Assembly: GCA_002269645.1 (NCBI GenBank)
Contig: NIVC01002112.1
Coordinates: 140,228 to 204,227 of the forward strand
DNA length: 64,000 nt
Source: Macrostomum lignano
Lineage: Eukaryota
Direction of reading: 5' to 3'
The first letter of the stretch is position 1; each line of letters opens with the position of its first letter. Below the pieces are notes generated by a model that saw only the letters and a list, made by a program, of their open reading frames with translations, searched no databases and was not told where the DNA came from. Of this stretch, positions 21,984 through 35,200 are shown in pieces. Made by a program: the position numbers and the translations under genes.

Positions 21984-23289
21984 CTAAAACTGGCGAGAGA
22001 TCCGTTGGTAAAGGCGGTTTCGGGCATAGACATCGCATTCTCGAGCAAGTTGTTTTGATGAAGTTCCTGAATTTTATTTTTTGAGAAAGATGTGTAGGTT
22101 CTAGTCAGTGTTTTTGTCATTTTATCTTTTATGCCACCGAAGGCGCAACAGGTTGCTTCATCTTGGAGGACGTCTGAAAGATCAACTACGAGCTTATCGC
22201 GGGTTTTTGTCTGCATTTTATCTCAATAGTAACAGCTTCCGAGTGAGCAGTACGGCTTAGCTTGGATGATCTTGGTGATGCTTTGCATCAGACAGACTTT
22301 GTTCTTCCCAAACAAAGAAACTTCACTGAACTTAGACCAGTGACTTAACATCTGGCAACTTCTTAGTGCGTTCTGCTTTCACATCCGTTTGCCAGATCGG
22401 ATCGAGCGGCAGGATCTCGTACTATTTTCTTGAATCGGCACGCCAGCTCTGACATTCAAAGTGGCGATAACAAAAACAACACAAAATTCTTAACGGACCC
22501 CGACCAGATGGCAGTGGCTGGTTGCGCCGCGGGCTCGCCAGTCATTGGCGGCTTCAAGTTTCACCGCCATATTCTAAATTATTTTGCTTTCGCGCCTTGT
22601 TTCGTGTAACTGCAACCCCTCCCCGCACCACGGCTTCGATACCAACTGGGATCTGGGGCAAGGAATTTAGGCAATTTGCTGCTCTTGACAATGGGAGCAG
22701 CCAAAATGCGTGTTGCAGAAATGCAAGCACACACGCACACGCACATGAAAAGTTTCAGTGTTTCAGTGTTCAGCTCCCCATTTTTGACACCTCCAGTTTG
22801 CGCCCGCAGTCGCGTTGTTGTCGCACTTTGCAGCCGTCCGTGACTCGGTCCTGACCGGCTGCTGCAGCCCGGCGGCAGCCTTCAGTTTCGGTGCGCGTAC
22901 GTCTCTGTCTGTCTGTCTGTCATCGCTTTTTGGTGTCGGTCGTATACATGTAGGGGGGTGGGGTGAATGGGGTTAGCTGCGGCAATGAAAAGCACGGCCG
23001 TTGTGGCCTTAAAAAAACAAGCGCAGCTGCCGTAGATGGATGAAGCGGAATGTCGGGTTCCTTCCCCCGTAGCTGCAGAGTCCCCAGCGCCGCTCTGTCT
23101 GGGGGCTGCCCCGCTTCGTCAGTCCCTCCTGAGCGGCCCCACGCCGGCAGCCAGATGTGCCTGCAGTTCCGGCCATAAACTCCGAAGCATCTTTCCTGCT
23201 GCATTTCTCTAGTTGGGCCTAAGAGGTGCGTTTTCATGTGCGAGCCATGGCACCGATGTAGGAGTGCACTTTCGCCAGCTGGATCCTGA

Positions 23290-24013
<724 letters not shown>

Positions 24014-25160
24014 GCAACAAAACCTCTACTTGGCTTTGCTGATTAGTTCAATCAACTCTCTCATCCTCCCACTCACTCGTCAGCCACAGAGGATCAGTGG
24101 AATTAGAATGCCAGATTCACTCATAGGGGTGCACCAATCTAAAGCCTAGCACTGTCTCGATTGGATCAAACTATTTTTTATCAATAAACAGGAACCCTTA
24201 GTAACGATTGACCCTCTATACAATCGAAGACAGATTAAGTACACAGATAAGCTTTTCCAAGCTCAGGGATTTTGCTTCGATAAGATCAATCGTAACGTCT
24301 AAGCTCGCTCAGAATTTCGACCCTAGCAACAAGTTCTAAAAGATGCAATCACTAGCTTGAATTTTTTCCAGCCTGATTAAAATTTTTAAGGCTTTGAATT
24401 CAACTTTGATTAGTTTGCTTAGAATAAATTGAAACAAATTTATACTTTATGTAACTTTTACATCTCACGAAAAACTTTTGATTTCTAAGAATTTGTGTAC
24501 GAAAGGCACAGCGATATTCGTACAATGTCTATATTAAAAGCCAACAACAGGTTAGCTGCATGTGCGATCTTCTTCACCAAAGTACAGATTGTACTATCAG
24601 ATAACGATGTGTTTTAGATACAGTAGAGCATGTTCTGTACCAAAATCCTACAGACATCCCTGTACAGACAGAAAGCTGTTATCCACTAGAGCGGGCAGCA
24701 GGACTTCTTGGTAATATTGATTGACAGCTCAAATCGATACGCCGACGAGATGAGCCAGGCTGCTCAAGTGGGGCAGCTCAGCGCTCTCCGTAGGTTTCCA
24801 CTGGCCACTTAGCCACTGAGAGTCGCAGCACATAAGGCCCGGGTTAACCAAAAGTCAACCGACTAGCTTCCTAAAACAATCTTGCAGAAACTAAGGACGC
24901 AAAACACTTGAGCATTAGCAATGAAGAAAAAGACCTGTTGAAAAGATTTCTCTTCAAGATGAATAATGGACAAAAAGTAGTGACACTGAGCTAGTAAGCC
25001 ATTTCTAGTTCTTGGCCTCAACACTTTCAGGTCTTTTGTCCGCAGTTAGGCAGGCCACCAACTTGTTGCAACATCACTTGGGTATTTGTCTTCCCGATAT
25101 GTATGGAAATCTGTTTTATGCGAACTGTTAACCTTTACTTTAAGTGATTTATTGTTTGTC

Positions 25161-27444
25161 TCAAATCCACTCGGGCAAAGGCAGCCGCTGAGGCACGTAA
25201 GGTGCAGAAAATTCCAGAAGCTGCCACGGAAACGACAGGTGTAGCGGAGCAGGCGGCGGCAGGAAGGACAGCGAAGCTGGATGCTGCAGTACATCCTTGT
25301 TGCTGTTTCGGCTGCTACTGCTGCTGCCGCATCTGTCTGAGTACAAAACCTGAGCAGTCCGCAAAGCTGGAGGGTAACCTGCGGGTCATTGTGTAAGACG
25401 TTCTCATACCCCAGACACTACCTGGCTTCAATCCAATCTATACCTGGCTTCAATCCCATCTATACCTGGCTTCAATCCAATCTATACCTGGCTTCAATCC
25501 CATCTATACCTGGCTTCAATCCCGTCTATACCTGGCTTCAATCCCGTCTATACCTGGCTTCAATCCCATCTATACCTGGCTTCAATCCCATCTATACCTG
25601 GCTTCAATCCCATCTATACCTGGCTTCAATCCCATCTATACCTGGCTTCAATCCCATCTATACCTGGCTTCAATCCAATCTATACCTGGCTTCAATCCAA
25701 TCTATACCTGGCTTCAATCCCATCTATACCTGGCTTCAATCCCATCTATACCTGGCTTCAATCCAATCTATACCTGGCTTCAATCCCATCTATACCTGGC
25801 TTCAATCCCATCTATACCTGGCTTCAATCCAATCTATACCTGGCTTCAATCCAATCTATACCTGGCTTCAATCCAATCTATACCTGGCTTCAATCCAATC
25901 TATACCTGGCTTCAATCCCATCTATACCTGGCTTCAATCCCTTCCATACCTGGCTTCAATCCCATCTATACCTGGCTTCAGTCCCATCTATACCTGGCTT
26001 CAGTCCCATCTATACCTGGCTTCAATCCCTTCCATACCTGGCTTCAATCCCATCTATACCTGGCTTCAATCCCATCGGACAGTCAATTTTGAAGGAGTCT
26101 GGCAAATTGAGTACTTCTGGCAGAGGCATCTGCGGCAGCGGCACTGGCAGCTGCAGTGGTGGCGGGGGCAGCAGCGGGAGCGGCGGCGGCATCGAAGGAA
26201 GCGCTGCTGGTGGCAGGCGATACTCGTAAGCTTGGAGCAGCAGGTCAGTCAGCGGAGCCGATTGTCGTTTGTACCGCTTCCGGCGTCTGAGGAAGCTGCC
26301 ATTGTCGAACATGTCCTCCGAGCGGGGATCCAAGGCCCAGTAATTGCCCTTACCTGGATTGCCCGGCTCGCGAGGCACCTTCACGAAGCAGTCGTTCAGG
26401 GACAGATTGTGTCTGATGCTGTTCTGCCAGGCTGGGAACCTGCCGGAGGATTGCGGGGGCTTGGGTCAGTCAGATTTTGGGTCATTATGATGTTGGGTCG
26501 GTTAGCGGGATTTTGGGTCAGAGGGATTTTTGGTCGATGAGATTTTTGGTCAGTTGTGGGATTTTGGAGCAGTGGATTTTGGGTCAGAGGGGTTTTGGGT
26601 CAGTGGGATTTTGTTTCAAGGGTTTGGGGGCAGTGGGATTTTGGGTCAGTAGGATTTTGGGTCAGCGGGATTTTGGGTCAGAGGGGTTTTGGGTCAGTGG
26701 GATTTTGGGTCAGTGGGATTTTGGGTCAGTAGGATTTTGGGTCAGTGGGATTTTGGGTCAGTAGGATTTTGGGTCAGTGGGATTTTGGGTCAGTGGGATT
26801 TTGGGTCAGTGGGATTTTGGGTCAGTGGGATTTTGGGTCAGTGGGATTTTGGGTCAGTGAGATTTTGGGTCAGTGGGATTTTGGGTCAGTGGGATTTTGG
26901 GTCAGTAGGATTTTGGGTCAGTGGGATTTTGGGTCAGTGGGATTTTGGGTCAGAGGGATTTTGGGTCAGTGGGATTTTGGGTCAGTGGGATTTAACGATC
27001 ATTTTGGAGTCCATAGTCTTAGTAGGGACTACCCAGTACTCAATATAGAGTAGTCCCCGGGTCTTAAAGCCAAAAAATTCTGTCTTTTGTGAAACCGAAA
27101 GTGCTGTAATATTGAATACCCGTACAGCATTAAAGCCCGACAAAGCAAATAAAAATGAAGCAAAAACTCTTCAGCGAGCACCTGTCTCTGTAATACGGGA
27201 ATCTGTTGGCAATGAAGTCGCAGATGCCGCTAAGTGTCAGCTTCCTGTCTGGAGACTGCATAATCGCCATGGCGATCAACGCGATGTAGCTGTAAGGCGG
27301 CTTCGATTGCTGCTGCTGCTCCTGGTGCGGCTGCGGCTGCTGCTGCAACTTTTTCTGCTTTCGTTTGCACTGATGCTCCATGCTAGGAGTCGAACTTGCG
27401 ACCTCTGACAATGCGTCGCTGTTGTTGTCAGTAAAAGCATCCAT
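25161..27444 (-). CDS. foxD: Forkhead box D-class transcription factor (3 exons, 286 aa)
   Basis: Join 27444-27182, 26439-26060, 25378-25161 (861 nt, phases 2,1). [99 protein letters not shown] matches the FoxD-type forkhead domain ([34 protein letters not shown]). Confidence 0.93.
25417..26076. repeat. Minisatellite, 22 bp unit ATCTATACCTGGCTTCAATCCC (foxD intron 2)
   Basis: About 30 copies. Confidence 0.97.
26460..26992. repeat. Minisatellite, 16 bp unit GGGATTTTGGGTCAGT (foxD intron 1)
   Basis: Direct reading. Confidence 0.95.
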
Positions 27445-27499
27445 ATTTGTTTAATTAATAAGCTAATCACTGCACGTTTGTTTCTGGAGAGAAACTGAC

Positions 27500-27600
27500 T
27501 GCGCGTTTATAACAGATGAGGCTATTTATCTGATGAAATTTGCTGTAGGATAAGCCAGCGGCAGCCCGTATTTCAGTATGTCGCTTTCTGATTGGTTGCG
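27500..27600 (-). promoter_or_regulatory. Candidate foxD core promoter (TATAAA about 27506-27511, CCAAT about 27591-27595)
   Basis: The minus strand reads GTTATAAAC about 65 bp and AACCAATCAG about 150 bp upstream of the ATG. Motif match only. Confidence 0.3.
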
Positions 27601-28279
27601 TCATTTTGGACCGCATTGATGTTATCACCGGGTGGTGTAAGTAAAGCATCGTTTAGGGATCGGATCGTTGCTTTTGCTCTACTGTTAGTAGCCTGCAGTT
27701 CCAGAAATGTCAGTATACAGTTGGTTAATTAAAGGTATCGATAAGTAAAGAGTAGTTAGCCTTTGCTTTTCCGGCCGTCATTTTCTTCGTCTAAGTTTAA
27801 CATAAAAATTAAGGCAGGGGAGGATAGTGCTATAATATAATTTTAGGTTGCACAAAGATTATTCCCTAGCTCAAACAAAGGGGGAATCTGGGTGCTGGGT
27901 GTTAAGCCATCTGTTCTACTACTGCTTCAATACTGTCAATGACATCTTGTTTAAACAGTTTAATTCTCTTTGGATTCCTATTTTTATTTTTTTATATTGC
28001 CTTATACTAGGACAAGCTGTTGAAACCCGCGTATTTTGAACCCAGGGAATTCCAATCCCCGGAACTATTTTTGAATATCTTCTGAAATCTGAGGCTATAC
28101 TCAAACAAAAACTTAGTACGATAGAGGTAAACATAAAATGGAGTACAATCGTGTAAAATTAGGATTTGAGGTAAACAGTTGATTTTGTTGGCTGGGGTGC
28201 TGCGCAGAATGTCGGGCAATGTCTGTCTGACTCTAAAACATGTATTGGCAAACTCTGGCCTCGGTCTCTGACTCTCTTT

Positions 28280-28917
<638 letters not shown>

Positions 28918-29286
28918 GTGAGTTTAGGGTGGGTGCAAAATTGTACACACACAGACAGACAGACAGATAGACACAGACAGTTTTTATTTTTATAGGTAAA
29001 GACAGTTATTACATGTAATATTAGGAAAGCTGGTAGCAGAGAACTACCAAACCAAACTTTTACAAGTAAGAGTAAGACGTAAAACCGAAGAGGCTAGTAC
29101 AAAAAGTTTTTTGAAAGTTGCATTTTCTGCTAAACTGGCTGCTTTTAGGTGCAAAAAATGGTCAATCTGTACAATTTTTTTCAATCATAAATTGTTAAAC
29201 TTAAATAGATATAGTCACGCAAAATAATTTATATGAATTATTATAACTTCATTTTATTATTCTAAAATCTTTGGATTATCAGTGTG

Positions 29287-30462
29287 TGCTAGGGGTGTTC
29301 CTGTACGATACAAAATCCCACCGTTAAGCCACCAAAGTTGTCGTAGGGCTTACTTTCTCTCGATTAAATTTCTACTGCTATCACTTAATCTTGCCTTAAT
29401 GTTTTTAACTGTTTCTTAGAATCTCATATATTTCTGGGTAGCGTTCAGCTTAGTACATGGTTTGGTAGCGTTCTTAGTATATGGTCTGGTAACGTTCTTA
29501 GTATATGATCTGGTAGCGTTCTTAGTATATGACCTGAGCGCGCGCGGTCTTACTGCATGGTATATGTACTATGTACTGGGGGCGCTTCATAAGACCTAAA
29601 TTTCACAACGTCTAAAGCACATGACTTCACATCACCTAAATTTCATAACGCCTAAATTTCACAACGCCTAAAATCGAAAATGCAGCCTCCTTCACAACGC
29701 CTAAATTTCACATCGCCTAAATTTCACAACGCCTAAAATTTCTGCACGCTCCTTCACATCGCCTAAACTTCATATCGCCTAAATTTCACAACACCTAAAA
29801 GTGAATGTGAAGGAGAGAAGCAAAGATTTTAGGCGTTGTGAAATTTAGGCGATATGAAGTTTAGGCGATATGAAAGAGCATGCAGATTTTTAGGCGTTGT
29901 GAAATTTAGGCGATATGAAATTTAGGCGATGTGAAGGAGGCTGCACTTTTGATTTTAGGCGTTGTGAAATTTAGGCGATATGAAATTTAGGCGATATGAA
30001 AGAGTGTGCAAATATTTTAGCCGTTGTGAAATTTAGGCGATATGAAATTTAGGCGTTGTGAAGTGTGGTGGTTTTAGGCGTTGTGAAATTTAGGTCTGAA
30101 ATGAAAGCGTCCCTATGTACTTTCTCTCTCTCTCCAGTCTGGGCGTTTCCGGGATTAGAGGGTCACAGCGATTACTGTTAGTACTACTCTTTGCATGAAT
30201 CCCAAGTGCGACTTTCAACCTTCTTCACAACACTCTTAGAAATGAACAACAATCTGAGAGCTGAATTCGTTTAAATTCTATCGAACAAGTGAACATAAGT
30301 ATTACACGAGTGCACGAATTGGTCCAACTTCGCTCTTATTTATACTGCCTCGATTGTGTATATTTATAACAAACATAGAATATTTCGCAAATTAAAACAA
30401 ACACATAATTTTCGCGTAATTTTAGAAATAAGGTTTCCTAGAAAACAATAACCACTTCTACA
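29287..30462. mobile_element. TG...CA insertion with 6-bp TSD (AGTGTG); solo-LTR-like, present only in the left arm
   Basis: AGTGTG occurs at 29281-29286 and 30463-30468. The right arm has a single copy (empty site at 57944-57949). The insertion starts TG and ends CA. Confidence 0.45.
29578..30113. mobile_element. Foldback/Mutator-like MITE nested in the TG...CA insertion
   Basis: The halves are inverted arrays of CGCCTAAATTTCACAA. The ends are GGG...CCC, flanked by the direct repeat TATGTACT (8 bp, or 9 bp including C). Confidence 0.8.
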
Positions 30463-30660
30463 AGTGTGCATCATGATATGTGACCCTTAGATTCAGTTTC
30501 TAGTTCATACGACTTGAAATCTCCACCTAGTTCTAGGTCTATTAAAATCGCTTTTCTTTATGCCATACTTCTACATCAAAATTAAATCTCATTTATAGAT
30601 TTAGAACAATCTCAACACTCAAGTGAAATTGTAACAGTTTAATTTAAATATAAATTATTT

Positions 30661-30760
30661 ATAGCTAGTCCTAATAAAAAACAAAATTATAATTTGCTTT
30701 TATTTCTTCTAGTTTGTAATTTAATGAAATCTACATTTTGTATATCATATGTACAATCTG
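30661..30760 (+). CDS. tmem8: TMEM8 exon 1 (signal peptide) with non-canonical ATA at the orthologous start; first ATG at 30724
   Basis: Reads ATA GCT AGT CCT...(I)ASPNKKQNYNLLLFLLVCNLMKSTFCISYVQS-G|gtaagt. The phase-1 donor fits exon 2. An in-frame TAA at 30640 excludes an upstream ATG. The inverted copy has ATG at this position. Confidence 0.7.
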
Positions 30761-32206
30761 GTAAGTTATTATAAATTATTTTTTAAGCCTACTTAGGCCC
30801 CAATGGCAATAGCCTATTACTTTTATTATATAGTAGGACATATGCCTAGTTACCAATCAAATAAAGAGACCCTAATATTACTGTAGACCTAGTACTCCTA
30901 ATTCATATTCTCTGGTTATCTTTTCTCTTTTCTATTTTTATCTATCTTTCGTATAGTATATTTATTTCATATTTATTTCTTTTAGTTAGATATAAAAATC
31001 ATATATTAATTTAGGTATTTCTTTGATTAGGCCTAGGCTTATATTTTGATTGGGCCTAGATCTTTTTGAAATTTCTAGGCTAGGCTAATCTTTCCAAAAT
31101 TGCTTTCAAAAGTTTTTCAAAAAGAACCTAGAAAAGATTTTTTTCTATTTGCTTTTAAAATAATGCTAATTGCTAAAAAATTCTTATAGCCTATATAGAA
31201 ATAAATTTCTAATTCTAGCTAGGCCCCATTATTTGTCAAAATAATGTAGAAAAGACTTTAAGAAAATAAATAAATATGAATCAGCCCACCTAGCATTAGC
31301 AAGGTCCCACATTCTATCTTAGCATATTCTAGCCTTTTTTACTATAGCCATTATAGGAATCACCTAGCTGTTTCTATTGGCAGTATACATATATAAGTTG
31401 CTATTGGCTGAGAGTAGTATTTTGTCCAATAGTAAATTACTTGTATGTGTTACCAATAGGAAATAGCTAGGTAAATTCCTAAGTAGTAGGTTGTGCCTAA
31501 ATATAAAGCATCTATTATGAAAACTCCACATTGGGGGTAAGACCCCCCCCCAAAGGCAGAGAGCTTGTATTTATTATAGCTGGCCAACAATAAAGGTTGT
31601 CTGACAAAGCGTTAGCCAATCACACGCGCATGTGCGTAGGTGTACACCTGCACTGTACATTACACTGAGTGGAGCAACTGAGCAACCCCATGCTACCACA
31701 TCTATATTGACAGATTTTGCTATAGTTTTTAATGTCAATATTCACTACAGATATTAGAATAACTAAATAGGCTACCCAGGTATATATACTTGGTAAAACA
31801 GCTTTCTACTTTTTGTTTAGTAGCAATGAAGAATCCATAAGCTTTTATAAGAATAAAGACAACTGAGATGACTTTCATAAATTAAAAAATTAAGCTTGCA
31901 GATATAAACAGCTTGCTAATTGGTTTAGCCATAATGTACATTGGCCATTGAAATTTAACAAGCAGATTTTGATTGGAACAACCAAGGAAAGTAATAAAAA
32001 TTGGGGGTGGCTGGGTAAGGATAGAGATTCTGTGTGGTCTCCACCTTAGACACTACCTTAGACACTAGCTTTTCTAACCCTATACTCATGTAGGGTCATG
32101 TTAGCTTTGTATATACTAGACAAAGTCAAATTTGGAAATTTATGTTTGCAGTTTATGTCAGTTTTAATTTTTAATCTAAGGTTAAATGTATATTGAAATT
32201 GTCCAG

Positions 32207-35200
32207 ATACAACTTTGTGGTCCAGGCCTGTATTGTTCTATATAAGCAGCTACAATGAGGTGCAAAAGTCGGAGACTGTGCCTATAATTGCTCCGAAGCT
32301 GGCTGGCAACATAGTCTGGTCTGTTAACTTGCAAGTGGATGATGGTTGTCCTATTTATCCAATAGATGTGTAAGTATGTTTTCATTATTTTCAATATTTT
32401 TGCACATGGAAATAGTTTTTTTCTTTTGAACAAAATTTTATATATAGGCTTGTGCATGTTGATTTTGGGTCACTCACTATAAATTATATTTTATTCATTG
32501 TCTTTTAGATATTTTCTACTACTATTGTGCAGTAGTAGACTATTGGACTATTAACCCTATGTTAAAGTCATATAGGTAATCTTCACCTTGCATTGGTATC
32601 AGATGTGGTTGCTCTAGCATCTATCAACATGCTGCAAATCAGAATATTTAACTCTTTCATTTTGATTTCTGAAAGATTTATGCCGATGGTTTTTAATGTG
32701 TCTTTTTGCATATTGATTAAATTAAATATAGCCAAATTGCTGTGCTAAATAACAGGTTAGTTAGTTGCGCATATTGGTATTGATTTGTATTTGAAGTTAT
32801 TTTTGTCTAGGTGCCATTCTGCCAAAGGTGACAGGCGCATGGGGATTTTTTAAACTGTTTTTGTTTTTTATTTACCAATTATGTACTATAGAGTAGCTTA
32901 TTTCAGGATAATCCTACTACAGAGTAGCCTATTACAGAGTAACCTACTACAGAGTAGCCTACTACAGAGTAACCTACTACAGAGTAACCTACTACAGAGT
33001 AACCTACTACAGAGTAGCCTACTACAGAGTAGCCTACTACAGAGTAACCTACTACAGAGTAGCCTACTACAGAGTAACCTACTACAGAGTAACCTACTAC
33101 AGAGTAGCCTACTACAGAGTAGCCTACTACAGAGTAACCTACTACAGAGTAGCCTACTACAGAGTAGCCTATTGCCGAGTAACGTACTGCAGAGAAGCCT
33201 ATTGCAGAGTAACGTACTGCAGAGAAGCCTATTGCAGAGTAGCCTACTACAGAGTAGCCTACTACAGAGTAGCCTACTACAGAGTAACCTACTACAGAGT
33301 AGCCTACTACAGAGTAGCCTACTACAGAGTAACCTACTACAGAGTAGCCTACTACAGAGTAACGTACTGCAGAGCATACATGCGCAACCTTGGGAATCAC
33401 CCGGCCGTTTCTATTGGCAACACGCATATGTAGCTCGTAAGTCGCTATTGGCTGAAAGCAGTCACGTGACTACTATTCTGTCCAATAGCGACTTACATGT
33501 GTGTTGCCAATAGAAACGGCTACTACAAAGTAAACTACAAAGTAACCTGCAAGAGTATTAAACTACAGAGTAACCTGCAAGAGTATTAAACTACAGAGTA
33601 ACCTGCAAGAGTAGTAAACTACAGAGTAACCTGCAAGAGTAGTAAACTACAGAGTAACCTGCAAGAGTAGTAAACTACAAAGTAACCTGCAAGAGTAGTA
33701 AACTACAAAGTAACCTGCAAGAGTATTAAACTACAGAGTAACCTGCAAGAGTATTAAACTACAGAGTAACCTATCTTTTGGACGCCGAAGTAGCAACTCT
33801 AAATCAAAGCAGGAATGTTCAGAGTTCGAACCCTACGCTCAGTGCTCCATGTATAGTGCCAGAGCATAGTAACTGATTTCAAAGTATCTGGAACAGACAA
33901 AAAAGAAACGAGAATATAATAGTACATAGTTTAATTTTTTCCCAATCAAATAAGCATCTCAGAGGTCGTAGTTACAAAAAGTGTACCTCTGGATGAGAAA
34001 AGGTTTAAATTGTCACGTGACTGGTCTGAACCAATCCCCATCAGCAAGGTCGCAAAAGTGCCCATCCGGAAAATATACTAATACTAAGTAGATGACGAGG
34101 CATTTAGCCCTAATAATGCGGTCATAGTTACTCCTGCCGTTTGCCCAAAATCACGTCAATTTTGGTTTAGGTTCCTTTCATAGGTAAGTGGCATTTTTGG
34201 TCAAAAACTAAGTTGCACGGCCAGCGTAGATCATGCCTGCATGATCAGCGATGAAGAAAGGTTATCGGTGTGTCACCCGCAGCTTGATCAGCAGCCAGCA
34301 CGGCGCCGTTCCTTGGCTAAACGAGTCAGCCTGGTCGCCAGATCTGCTGATCCTTCGCCGACAGAGATTCGCTATTCGATTGGACAAATCCTCTACTCGC
34401 GCCCAGGCCATGTTCGATACCGTGGGCGGCGGGTTGTTCTACTTTACCGTTATTAGCATGGAGCCCGAGCAGTCCAAGCTGCAGAAGCTGGTAGGTAGGG
34501 CTGAAGACTAGGAACTCAAATTCTTAGAAACGCTCTTGAAATCCACCTCTCAGAGTCTATCAACTTTTAGTTAAAACAATTTTGCTAGGGACTTTAAAGG
34601 TCGCTTTCTTGGACAATCTCTTTGCTCATGGAGATGTGTATCTAATTATCAGAAGTTCCAGCTTTCATATGCTTCGAAAACGTCGTGTTCTACAGTCAAT
34701 TGTATAAAATAGTGAATAAGAAACTTACTAAAAATACATTCCTAAAAACCATCCGACAAGCATATTCCTAGACAGCGTTGTATAGGCATTTTCCTTAAAA
34801 TCATTCGATAAAGATATCCCATTTTGCTAGAAACTCGGGCATGACTTAAAGCACATTCCTAGAAAATCTAATAAGCATATTCCTAGAAACCTTCCGATAA
34901 GCATATTCCTAGAAACCTCCCGATACGCATATTCCTTGAAACCTCCCGATAAGCATATTCCTTGAAACCTCCCGATAAGCATATTCCTAGAAACCTCCCG
35001 ATACGCATATTCCTAGAAACCTCCCGATAAGCATATTCCTAGAAACCTCCCGATAAGCATATTCCTTGAAACCTCCCGATAAGCATATTCCTTGAAACCT
35101 CCCGATAAGCATATTCCTTGAAACCTCCCGATAAGCATATTCCTTGAAACCTCCCGATAAGCATATTCCTTGAAACCTCCCGATAAGCATATTCCTAGAA

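Noticed and set aside
25389-26540. 383-aa plus-strand ORF
   Set aside because: Made of a 22-bp minisatellite plus the antisense of foxD exon 2.
32881-33513. LLQSS, CSRLL and YSVVG repeat ORFs, also at 54842-55273
   Set aside because: 15-bp intronic minisatellite, open in several frames.
34241-34456. ATG-initiated 71-aa ORF as a separate gene
   Set aside because: Alternative frame overlapping TMEM8 exon 3, and the arms differ by an indel upstream of the acceptor.
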